From positions 62,001 through 126,000 of IMG/VR virus record IMGVR_UViG_3300027963_000035: a DNA stretch of 64,000 nt. The stretch is one strand, 5' to 3'. The translations under genes were made by a program, and so were the position numbers. The notes beneath the pieces are model-generated. The model was not told where the DNA came from. It saw only the letters and a list, made by a program, of their open reading frames with translations, and made no database searches. Within the stretch, counting starts at the first letter, position 1; the number at the start of each line of letters is the position of its first letter. Below, in pieces: positions 19,586-29,200 of the stretch.

Positions 19586-21136
19586 CTAATTGTTCTCATA
19601 TGTAAAATTGATCTGTATTGATTCTGGGCGTATAATCTCGTTGAATTTTGGTGTAATTATACTGCTGTTCCCATCGTCTGTGGTAAAAGACACCTCGTAT
19701 CTACTTGGGTCTTTGATATCAGATAGTTGTTTTATTATATCTATATCTCTTAATATTTTACCATAATCCCAATTTGAAATAAGGAAAAAGCTATTAATTC
19801 TTCTGTTTACTTTTTCTCTTACCTCGTCTTCGAATTTTCTATACAATCTGTCCATAAAGATATCCACACTAACAGCGGCGTTCAATACAGTTCCATCTCT
19901 TACACATACGTAATCTGTTATCATCTTTATTTGATCTATGTGACCCTTGAGTTCAGATTTTAGTTGGTCGCTAGCTAGCTCCAGATTACTTTCATCTTGT
20001 TTGGCTAGTATATATAAATCTACTATGTTTGCGGAGCACCCATAATTTCTTAGGACCGCTGTGGCCTTTCCAATCTGACCTTGATATGGACTAGTGAATT
20101 GCTCAGCAATTGTTTTATAGTCAGTGCCAGTTACGGCTCTATTTTGCGTTCTTAAGTATTGAGGGAGTTTCCTTCTTATATCCTCTATTGTATCTCCGTT
20201 GTATCCGTATTCTCCCTTTGTGTAATTATTAAATGTGACTGGAACACTAAGCTCATAACCAGTTGGATTAATAATAGTTTGAGTTTCAACAGATCCTGCA
20301 ACTATATTTCCGATGGTTCCGCCGCCTGTTCTGTACACTACCTCAATCACAGAGCCGCCAGAGGGCACCAGGCCTGCCCTGTTGTTGCCGAATATAACGA
20401 AAGCCGAATAATTGGAATCAAACTCTACTCTGTACTCCCTTCTGGGTTGGCTATCTGTAAAATAGTCCACCTTATTCCAGGAAACTCCGTCCACATAAAC
20501 TCTTATACTATCATATATTACCGATGGGTATGCCAAGCTTACTGTTTGATTTGGCGATCCGGTTCCATCTACTGTGTCTAATCTTGTTGTTCCTTCAAGG
20601 CCAACTACGCTTGCATTAACAAAGCCGCCTGCTGGAACCACTATGCTTTGATCAAATATTGGATTATTATTAGCATCTGCGGGGAATAATTCTATTCTTA
20701 TTAGTTGGTCGCCCGATGTTGTTGTTATATCAAATGGAGATGGTATATTTAAATCAAAATTTAAAACATTATTTATTTTGGCTGTCCAAAGTGATCGGGA
20801 ACAAATTGGCGGTTGAGGATTAAACCCTATTAATTTGCATAGTCTAAATGCATTCTCTACTTCTGTGACTGTGTCTATAAAGATTTCATTGGCAATTTGA
20901 TCCATTTTAAAACTAAGAGTATCTGCAAGAAACGCCCAGTTTTCTATCAGCATAATTGCCACAGAAGATTCTACGAAATCATTAAATTCTGTGGGGAACT
21001 TTTGCCTTATATATTCCACAAGTCTGGTCTTCATGGACCAGAAATCCTGATTAGTATAATTTAAATTAAATATATTGGGTTTACTTATGTTCTGTGATTG
21101 AGCATACGGGGTTATATCAAATGGGCAATTATTCAT
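19586..21136 (-). CDS. Baseplate wedge protein, T4 gp6 / P2 gpJ-like
   Basis: YTNQDFWSMKTRL...FNDFVESS...LIE...LSFKMD...FIDT N-terminus; VVYRTGGGTIGN; QNRAVTGTDY; IIRPESIQI end. Confidence 0.88.
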   Translation of the reverse strand: MNNCPFDITPYAQSQNISKPNIFNLNYTNQDFWSMKTRLVEYIRQKFPTEFNDFVESSVAIMLIENWAFLADTLSFKMDQIANEIFIDTVTEVENAFRLCKLIGFNPQPPICSRSLWTAKINNVLNFDLNIPSPFDITTTSGDQLIRIELFPADANNNPIFDQSIVVPAGGFVNASVVGLEGTTRLDTVDGTGSPNQTVSLAYPSVIYDSIRVYVDGVSWNKVDYFTDSQPRREYRVEFDSNYSAFVIFGNNRAGLVPSGGSVIEVVYRTGGGTIGNIVAGSVETQTIINPTGYELSVPVTFNNYTKGEYGYNGDTIEDIRRKLPQYLRTQNRAVTGTDYKTIAEQFTSPYQGQIGKATAVLRNYGCSANIVDLYILAKQDESNLELASDQLKSELKGHIDQIKMITDYVCVRDGTVLNAAVSVDIFMDRLYRKFEDEVREKVNRRINSFFLISNWDYGKILRDIDIIKQLSDIKDPSRYEVSFTTDDGNSSIITPKFNEIIRPESIQINFTYENN

Positions 21137-21150
21137 ATTATAATATAGTC

Positions 21151-21567
21151 TTAGGTTAAAGGAATTTGCAACCTTAATTCTTGAACTTCAGATATTTGAT
21201 CTGGATCTACAAATATAATTTTTATGCTTAATATATTTTCTATATCCTCGTAAGTATCGTAAGAATTTAGGTCACTTCTAGATGCTTGGCTCGAAACTTC
21301 TATTTGATTTACTACTATTCTGGGTTCCCACTTCTCTATAGAAGATATTATCATATTCCTGGCCAATGTCTCCAGAGCAGTATCATTTTGTTCAAATATT
21401 AGTCTTTTAAGAGGCGTTCCAAAATCTGGCAGGAATACACGTTCTCCTGGATTGGTTAGCAATAAAACCAACAAGTCAGATTTTATCTGATTTACTCCGC
21501 TTTGAGTTCTAAAAAATCCATGAGGACCTTTGGTAATTGGATATGGTGATCCTAAAAATTTATTCAT
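21151..21567 (-). CDS. Baseplate wedge protein, T4 gp25 / P2 gpW-like
   Basis: QIKSDL..LLLTNPGERVFLPDFGT.L..LIFE...I..WEPRI signature. Confidence 0.92.
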   Translation of the reverse strand: MNKFLGSPYPITKGPHGFFRTQSGVNQIKSDLLVLLLTNPGERVFLPDFGTPLKRLIFEQNDTALETLARNMIISSIEKWEPRIVVNQIEVSSQASRSDLNSYDTYEDIENILSIKIIFVDPDQISEVQELRLQIPLT

Positions 21568-21578
21568 ATTTGTAATTT

Positions 21579-23708
21579 CTAACTAGTTGGGCAGTTCACC
21601 AGTGGCTCTAGCATGAATATGCTCGCCGCCGGAGCCGACTTACTGGCGCTTGCAAAAACTCTATCGCTAAGTCTTACGCATCCGTTTACGTAAACTAATG
21701 CCGGACCCACACAAGGTGCAGGAGATCCATCCTCTGCGACACAGTCTTTACCTGCTAACAGGTATATATTTTCATCGGCTAAGAATAAATGAGATTTTTT
21801 AGTAACATTTATGTAATAATCTTCCGTAGACACGAGTTTTAATCTACTGACTATTTGGATATAATCTGATGGATTCTTTTCCTTGTCTCCCACTATATCT
21901 ATCTTATCTTTACAGGTAGATATTATATATCTTCCTCCTGCTCTCAAGAATATCAACGATCTCTCGGGAGATTGGCTTTCCTGCATTCTTAAGAAATGAG
22001 GTCCACAATCATTCGTATATTGAGGAGCTTTTATTTGTATGTATTGTTGTTGAGTTTCTGGTTCCTGTATATTGGAATCACTCATCATTATTTCTAGTCC
22101 ATAACCACTTCTAATTTTAACATACGCTTTTTTAGCCTTGGCTTCGGGTTTTCCGCCTTCTTTTCTACATGGAGAACATTGTTCGTTTGTATCATCACAC
22201 ATATCTATAGTGTGATTAGATGTGCTTTGTAGATGAATTCCTCTCTGACTACCGGCGATGTTGGGAGGACATCCAGGGCAGTTGGCACTTCCTACTGTAT
22301 GATCATTTAATTCTATTTTATTTCCTGTAGCACTTTTTATTCTTATGTAATTATTTTCGGCTCTTAATTTTGAATTGTTCAGACCAGTTTTTTCAACATC
22401 GCTCATTTCTATTAAATGACCTGTGGCTGATTTCCAATATGATCTTCCTGCAAAATTATCATTGCATCCAAAATCGAATGGCTTTATTGATCGCTCCCAC
22501 CCCAGAGTTCCTCCTGGTTCTTCTACGCTATCATCCATCACAAATGTATGTCCGCTTATGCTTGTGAATTGTATTCCTGTTTGAGGTAGATCGCATTTAT
22601 TATTTTGGGGGGTGCCTGGACCTTTATATGGTCTGCATTCATTTTCGTGTTTGAAATATGGATTGTCGCCTGACTGACTATCTGGATACTTTGATGATGG
22701 ATGCCCTGTGCTTGGATGTCCACCAATTACCTTGCTATTACTTTTTCTCCCAGAGCAACTTGTTTTTTCTTTGGGATTATATGAAAGAGCCCCAGCAGTA
22801 TCTGTTTGAGCCTCTTCTCCATTTTGAAATCTTGAGATTGAACCATATATTTTTGCCGTATCGTCAGACGGACTTCCTTCATCTTGACCTTCTACGCAAC
22901 TTACATCTCCTGGCTTGGCTCCACAACTTGGGTGTGCCCATTGCCCTGCATAATGAATATGATCATCTTTAAACATCATCCAATTTCCACAACTGGACAT
23001 TATTTCCAATCTTTTCCATCTTCTATTACATTTTGGATCTCCATCCACCATTTTTACCATATGTTTTTCTGGTGTTTTAAATCCATAAATATTTGGATAT
23101 GTTATTCTTTTTTGAGCCTCTGTATCGTTTGAAAAATCAACTATTGAATTTAGATCAAATCCGTTATAGCTCTCAGTATTCCATGGAGGTAAAACTTGTG
23201 ACTCATCATTTCTACCGGCGAGATATCCTTTTCTATGACCCTTATGTATATCTTGGTATTCTTTGATATTACCTGTCCAAGAGTCTCTTCCTTGTCCTCT
23301 ATCTCTATTCCATACTGTTCCGTGATAGTACGGGGATTCCCTATTTCCTCCTTCGAAAGAAACAACCACAGCCGACCCTGCCGGTGGAACCCAATTCAAT
23401 CCGCAGTCATCAAATCCCCCCATGCTTGATATTGGCATTGCCCAAGGAAGCTCATCAACAGGAGTTTTTGGATTATGTAATAATGGACAAAAGAATCGTA
23501 TTCTGTTCATTTTCCATATATCAATTGTCTCAACACAGAGTGCTATGTAAACACCAAATAAAGTCTCATCTTGCATGTGTATCTTCAATCCATCGTTCAA
23601 TTCACTTTGAACAACGGATTTGGTTTCATATCTCATTGCACCAAATCGTTCTTCTATTGTTGCAAGTCTGAGTTCGATCGCTTTTAATTCTTTATCATTG
23701 ACAAACAT
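21579..23708 (-). CDS. Central tail spike, gp5/VgrG-like (OB-fold plus beta-helix repeats)
   Basis: RIRFFCP...PWAMP...WVPPAGSAVVVSFEGG...PYYHG OB-fold motif; repeats SISGHTFVMDD, SATGHLIEMSD, SATGNKIELND, STSNHTIDMCD, SGYGLEIMMSD. Confidence 0.8.
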   Translation of the reverse strand: MFVNDKELKAIELRLATIEERFGAMRYETKSVVQSELNDGLKIHMQDETLFGVYIALCVETIDIWKMNRIRFFCPLLHNPKTPVDELPWAMPISSMGGFDDCGLNWVPPAGSAVVVSFEGGNRESPYYHGTVWNRDRGQGRDSWTGNIKEYQDIHKGHRKGYLAGRNDESQVLPPWNTESYNGFDLNSIVDFSNDTEAQKRITYPNIYGFKTPEKHMVKMVDGDPKCNRRWKRLEIMSSCGNWMMFKDDHIHYAGQWAHPSCGAKPGDVSCVEGQDEGSPSDDTAKIYGSISRFQNGEEAQTDTAGALSYNPKEKTSCSGRKSNSKVIGGHPSTGHPSSKYPDSQSGDNPYFKHENECRPYKGPGTPQNNKCDLPQTGIQFTSISGHTFVMDDSVEEPGGTLGWERSIKPFDFGCNDNFAGRSYWKSATGHLIEMSDVEKTGLNNSKLRAENNYIRIKSATGNKIELNDHTVGSANCPGCPPNIAGSQRGIHLQSTSNHTIDMCDDTNEQCSPCRKEGGKPEAKAKKAYVKIRSGYGLEIMMSDSNIQEPETQQQYIQIKAPQYTNDCGPHFLRMQESQSPERSLIFLRAGGRYIISTCKDKIDIVGDKEKNPSDYIQIVSRLKLVSTEDYYINVTKKSHLFLADENIYLLAGKDCVAEDGSPAPCVGPALVYVNGCVRLSDRVFASASKSAPAASIFMLEPLVNCPTS

Positions 23709-23722
23709 TGGTTGGTTATCCT

Positions 23723-25387
23723 TTATTTTCTATCACATCTATCTGGATCAGTCTCGGTACGGATACTGAAGGCTGGGCCATCGTCTCCTCCTCCTAATTT
23801 AGCATCGGGCTGCAACTCTGCTCCCGGTACCGCTAGGAATAACTTTAATGTAGTAGAAAATTGTCCTTCTCTTATTTGATGACTTATTCCATTTATTTGC
23901 CAATTTTTGTTGCTAAACACAGGATTGCATAATGGTTGAGATAACCAATCTATATTTGTTGCTCTTGTAATCGGATCTGACCCAGCTCGTTCATAATCAT
24001 CTACTGTATTATACTTTTTTATATGAAAGGGATTAATTACAACAAGAGCCAAGGATTTGCCTTTCATTCCCACGGGAAAGCAATAGCTGGGATCTCCAAG
24101 TATTCTTAATTCTGCCTCAATACTGTTCAGTCCTTCCATGTGACTATTGGCTGCTTGATGTGCTGCATCGGCTGCCGCCGTTTCTTTGGCTTGATTACTT
24201 GGATCTCTATAGTGCATTTGAGACCCTCCAGGTGCTGAATTTGTACTTGTTCCGCCTTTTGCACGCTTATCATCGCAATTGGTATTTCCTTCCATTTTGG
24301 CATATTTGCCACTTACTGCTGATTGTGCGCCACCCGATTTAGAAGAAAATGCAAATTGCCAGTTAACACTAGGATTGAAACTCAGAACGGGACTAAGATC
24401 TCCTCCGTTTACTATATATGTTCCAATGTTCCTGTCTTCGCATTTTATACTCTTATCGCATAGATCTGGGCCAGGGTCTTCTTGTATTATTATGGTTCCC
24501 GCTACTTTAGGATCTTTTCCTTCATTTTTACCATCCCAATGCATTACCAATCCCTTGTTATTTGTTGTCGTTAAAGGAGCTATCCACCTCCTAACAGCGG
24601 CTAATTTATTTTGTTGATTGGTGGTCCAGACAGATTTTGGTCCATTACCATTATCATCTCCGTCTTTCCCTCCATTCCCATCTGAGATTTTGAATTTAAA
24701 TTCACTTTTTCCATCTGCGCTTAAGAATTTTACTTTTAGTTGAGGGCCTGGTTCTTTTTTTTCAAATAAATCTTTTATAGCTTGTTTTAAATCAACTTTC
24801 TTTTGATCACTTCCTATAACGCATTCGACTCTTGCTTCGGCTATTCTTGTTTGTGCATCTGTTGCTTCTATTGTATATTTTATTTTACCTTGTTCGTAAG
24901 CTATTTTTGCACTTATTGGTATTAACCTTATCCATCCTCCATCTCCTCCGTGCAATGTAGATACTGATACCTTATCGAATCCCTTTGACAGAGTACCGCA
25001 CACTGAACCTTCTTTCTCCACTATCCATCCAAAATCTAATACAAAATTCATTGTCCCATCTTCTGTCGAATCGTAAAGAGATTTATTTAGAGCTGTGAAT
25101 GCTCTTTCAAAACTTCCTCCCATTTCATCAAATATCTCAATAACACAGCCCATGCCCTCTGATGTTCCAAATTCCATCGACTTTATAACAGCGGTATTTC
25201 CACTTTTTGGATAAGAATTATTTCCAACTGTTAACACATCTACACCAAATTTTTTACTAAACAATCTTAACTCAACAAAAGGTGCGAAAGAGTGGCCCCT
25301 TATTGGTTTTTTCACAGTATCTATTGTTGCATTGCACCCGTATTTTTGAATTCCTTCAAGAAAATTTTGATTTACTGGCATGTTCAC
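23723..25387 (-). CDS. Putative baseplate hub protein (T4 gp27 / late control D-like)
   Basis: Position between LysM and spike genes; AELRILGDP...WQINGISHQI..GQFSTTLKL C-terminal pattern typical of hub proteins. Confidence 0.62.
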   Translation of the reverse strand: MNMPVNQNFLEGIQKYGCNATIDTVKKPIRGHSFAPFVELRLFSKKFGVDVLTVGNNSYPKSGNTAVIKSMEFGTSEGMGCVIEIFDEMGGSFERAFTALNKSLYDSTEDGTMNFVLDFGWIVEKEGSVCGTLSKGFDKVSVSTLHGGDGGWIRLIPISAKIAYEQGKIKYTIEATDAQTRIAEARVECVIGSDQKKVDLKQAIKDLFEKKEPGPQLKVKFLSADGKSEFKFKISDGNGGKDGDDNGNGPKSVWTTNQQNKLAAVRRWIAPLTTTNNKGLVMHWDGKNEGKDPKVAGTIIIQEDPGPDLCDKSIKCEDRNIGTYIVNGGDLSPVLSFNPSVNWQFAFSSKSGGAQSAVSGKYAKMEGNTNCDDKRAKGGTSTNSAPGGSQMHYRDPSNQAKETAAADAAHQAANSHMEGLNSIEAELRILGDPSYCFPVGMKGKSLALVVINPFHIKKYNTVDDYERAGSDPITRATNIDWLSQPLCNPVFSNKNWQINGISHQIREGQFSTTLKLFLAVPGAELQPDAKLGGGDDGPAFSIRTETDPDRCDRK

Positions 25388-25393
25388 CGGCCT

Positions 25394-25720
25394 TTAAAAT
25401 AATATATTGTTTGGTATGACTATATTTTCGCCGCTCTTAAATTCAAAAATATCTTTCATCCCATTGGCTTCTAATATTTTCCACCAAAAATCAGGAGTTC
25501 CGTAAGCTTGATTTGACATCAAGTCAGGTCTATACTCATATCCCTTTGTTATAACTGCATACCTATCACTCTTACTTGGAATATAATTCTTCTTTTTATA
25601 TGTTTTAAATGTTAAAAGTTTATTTTCTGTATAATACACGACCCCACTCTCTGCATATCTGCTTGAGAATCCTACAAATTTAGAAGGCTGTATATTTGTT
25701 TCTTCATAATAGTTTGACAT
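25394..25720 (-). CDS. LysM-like baseplate protein (T4 gp53 / P2 gpX-like)
   Basis: YEYRPDLMSNQAYGTPDFWWKILEAN...GENIVIP signature. Confidence 0.85.
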   Translation of the reverse strand: MSNYYEETNIQPSKFVGFSSRYAESGVVYYTENKLLTFKTYKKKNYIPSKSDRYAVITKGYEYRPDLMSNQAYGTPDFWWKILEANGMKDIFEFKSGENIVIPNNILF

Positions 25721-25722
25721 TT

Positions 25723-26256
25723 TTATCCACCTACCCTGAATATTCTTCCTTGTCCGGGCAAATCACTACTTTCATAAACAACTTCCCATGTCATATCCAC
25801 ACTAAATTTATAAGGAAGTTTTGTCTCGCTATCCCAAGCAACATCTGTTGGATATTTTACGCTGTATGTCCTCAGAACTGCGCAGGTGTCAAGTATTTCA
25901 CCGCCGGGCTTTAACAAATGTCCACATCTTAAAGCACATACTGGCGGCGGTGCGTATGGTTCAAAATTACCTACTCTCGGGTAAACTGCACTTTCAATTG
26001 TTCTTAAAGCAGTTAAATTTTTTTGTATGTCGCTATCTTGTGTTACTACAAAATAAGCAGTCCAATTTATGGATCTATTTTCTGAGTGACTATAGGTTTT
26101 CATGGGAAAACTTCGACCAATCACTGGCTCATCGTTGTAAGCAGCAGATTTACTATCTGATATATCGGGTAGCACATTCATGTATATTGTGCGTCCCTCT
26201 ATTTTAATATAACAGTCTTTTATATTATTAAGTATTTTTCCTGTTGTTGCATTCAT
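25723..26256 (-). CDS. Putative tail tube initiator (gp48/gp54-like)
   Basis: ISDSKSAAYNDEPVIGRSFP...YSHSENRSINW...YP...PPPVC motif; located between tape measure and LysM genes. Confidence 0.65.
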   Translation of the reverse strand: MNATTGKILNNIKDCYIKIEGRTIYMNVLPDISDSKSAAYNDEPVIGRSFPMKTYSHSENRSINWTAYFVVTQDSDIQKNLTALRTIESAVYPRVGNFEPYAPPPVCALRCGHLLKPGGEILDTCAVLRTYSVKYPTDVAWDSETKLPYKFSVDMTWEVVYESSDLPGQGRIFRVGG

Positions 26257-26259
26257 TTT

Positions 26260-29200
26260 TTAGCCTACTGTTCCTATGCTTGTTATTCCCTTAGATGCGC
26301 CTTGTCCGTGTTTACCTGTTTTCCATTTATAATATTTTGGAGGACTAGAGGAAACATAATTGGTCGCAGTGCTGGCTGCTGATTGCCCACCCTCTCCCGA
26401 TCCTTGTGATGGTTTCATGAATCCCACCATCTGCTGTAATAGAGTTATCATATTTTCTAATTTTTCAACTTGAGTCTGACCGGATTCTGCAATTGTGCTA
26501 AGTTCGGAAGTTTCCGCTGTTGCCGCTCCCGAAGTCACAGCGTCTCTTTGTAAAGACTCACCAATATCGGTAACCCGTGCGGTTGACGCCGGAACTGATC
26601 CGCTTGTAGTATTGTTTAATGGATATATCGGACTTGGCATACTCATCTTATTGGCCGTAGCAGCCCCTGTTTCTGCTGCTTTATTTGCACCTCCGAAGAA
26701 CCCGGCAATTTTCCCTCCTGCCCATCCGGCAGCAGATGCAAGTGTTCTGGCTGGTAGTGTTGCTGCATCCAGAGCAAACTTACCTACTGATAATGCGCCT
26801 TTGCCTATCATCTTCCAGCCATCAATATATTTTTGACCTAACCACATGGCGCCCTCACCAACAGTTTTTGCCCCATCCCACAGTTTAGACCCTAGATTTT
26901 TTGCACCTTCCCATAATGTTGATCCAAGATTTTTTGCACCTTCCCACGCACTGCTTGCTATTGACTTTGCACCTTCCCATGCACTACTCGCTAGTTTTCC
27001 TGCACCGCTTATTAATCCGTCCCCAAAGAAGTCGATACCTGCCGATAGAACTGGCCCTATAAAAGGAATCGCACCAGCTAGCCCACTTGCTAATTCTTTT
27101 ACCGCTCCTCCAACGTTTCCTTGAACCAATGCCGACAAAGCAAAACCAGCGCCGGCTAATGCGCCTATTCCCGGTAATTTTTTCAATAAACTTTTACCCA
27201 CTCCGCCCAATCCGGCTTTTGCTATAAAACCTCCGGCCTTGCCGAACATGCTTCCCATCAAACCGCCGCCCTTACTAAATAATGAACCTGCCTTGGCAGC
27301 AACTCCGCTTGCTTTGCCAAATAACCCACTCATTAAGCCTGTTCCTTTACTCAAAATTCCTCCGGCTTTGCTTGCTCCACCAGCTTTACCAAACATGCTT
27401 CCTACTATCCCTTTGCCAGACTTAATGCCTGAATCAACCTTGCTTTTTAATCCTCCTAAGAATCCTTTACTCGACTTGCCAGCTATTTTTTCAGCTGCAT
27501 TGCCTAAACTTTTTGTATTTTGATTCTTTAAATTTTTCATTCCTTTTAATAGAGGAATTTCAAGAGATTGTGCTGCCTCTGCACTGCAAGCACATGCATC
27601 ATCTCCTCCTCCATCTAATAGGGATCCAAACATAGATCCTACTCCACCAAGTAATTTGCCTGCTTTTCCTTTAATCCCACCAAGCAGATTACCGGCTGTT
27701 CCTAATGCTGCGTTCTTTCCTTTATTGGCGACTCCTAATACTCCTCTGCCAGCGGATGTTGATTTTACTTGACTTGTTAAACCCTTTCCAAGAGACGATA
27801 GTATTCCTCCTCCTTGTTCTCTTGACCTTGAGTACCCCTTAGCAAGAGGACTAAATGTTTCTTTTATTTTTGATCCTATTCCTTTAAAGAAATCTCCTAT
27901 CTTGGCGGCACCACCCGTCCCGGTCATACTTGAGAATCCTTTTGCAATTGATGAGAAAAATCCTTCTTGAGCTTGTCTGGCACCTGAGAATCCTTTTACA
28001 AAACCTGAAAATAAATTGGAGGTCAAGTTCATAGCCTGCCCAGCTACACTCTTTACTCCATTGAAAGAACTTGTTAATATTCCTGATAAACTCGACATTG
28101 CCTTCATAGCTAAACTTGGCAAACCAGTAACATAGCCTATAATTGTATAGGCCATCACAGAGAATATAGAAACCATCGCAGTTGCTAGATCAGGTATTAT
28201 CGAATGACCTACAAGCGTGTCATAGAGCCAAAAGAATGGAGCGAATATAGCCTTGACTAAATTAGAGGCCCAAGTTATTAATCCATTGAAAAAGTTTATT
28301 ATCATATACACAGGCGCTGTAAAGGCTTTCCAAATTCCTTTTGTTATTCTTGATAAATCAAAAGTTAATAAACCTTCAAAAAATTCAAGTACTCCAAATC
28401 CTATATCATAAATAAGTTCAAATACGGGACCAAATACATAGGAAATTAAACTAGCAATTGCTCCTATTATTCTTAAAGCATATGCAATAGGTTCCACGAT
28501 TACAGTCACTATTGCTCCTATTAACATTCCAACTGTCTTCAAAACAAATCTTAATATTTTGCCTATTGCCCCGAACATCTTGGAGAATATAGTAAACAGA
28601 CTACCAGTTTCTTCTAGTGTGGCATTGAAATCAAATATCGGATTAAGTATTGCGTATATTACATCGCCAATTGCGGTTAGTATTGATCCGAAGGGCGCCA
28701 ATGCGTAATATACAAGTTCTCCCACACCCATTAAGACATCACCAATAGTAGTGATTACACCCCAAATAGCTCCTGCTATTGCATCTATAATTCCCATTAC
28801 AACACTTAATATGGGTATCATTTTATTAAACTTTGCCAATGCTATAGTCAGCGTTCCTGTCGATCCTAACAGACTGTCAAAAATTCCAAAAGTTAAATAA
28901 TTTAATGCTCCTGTAACAGCGCCCGCACCCTTAGCAGCATAATATTCGGCAGTAGTTAATTTTTCTTGAGAGATTCCAAATATTTCAGCAGCTTGCTCCC
29001 CTGCTGCCATACTTCCCATTATAGCTCCTGCTATACCTACCAATATCGCCGCCCCTGCTGCTATCCCGGGCAGTGCTGCTACTATGGCACTCGCCGCCGT
29101 TCCACCTGCGCCGCCGGCGCTAGCTGTGCCATAGATTATTGCCTCTAATTTATTAATCTGATAATCTGTGGCTTTGCCCATTATGTCTGCTATGCCACCG

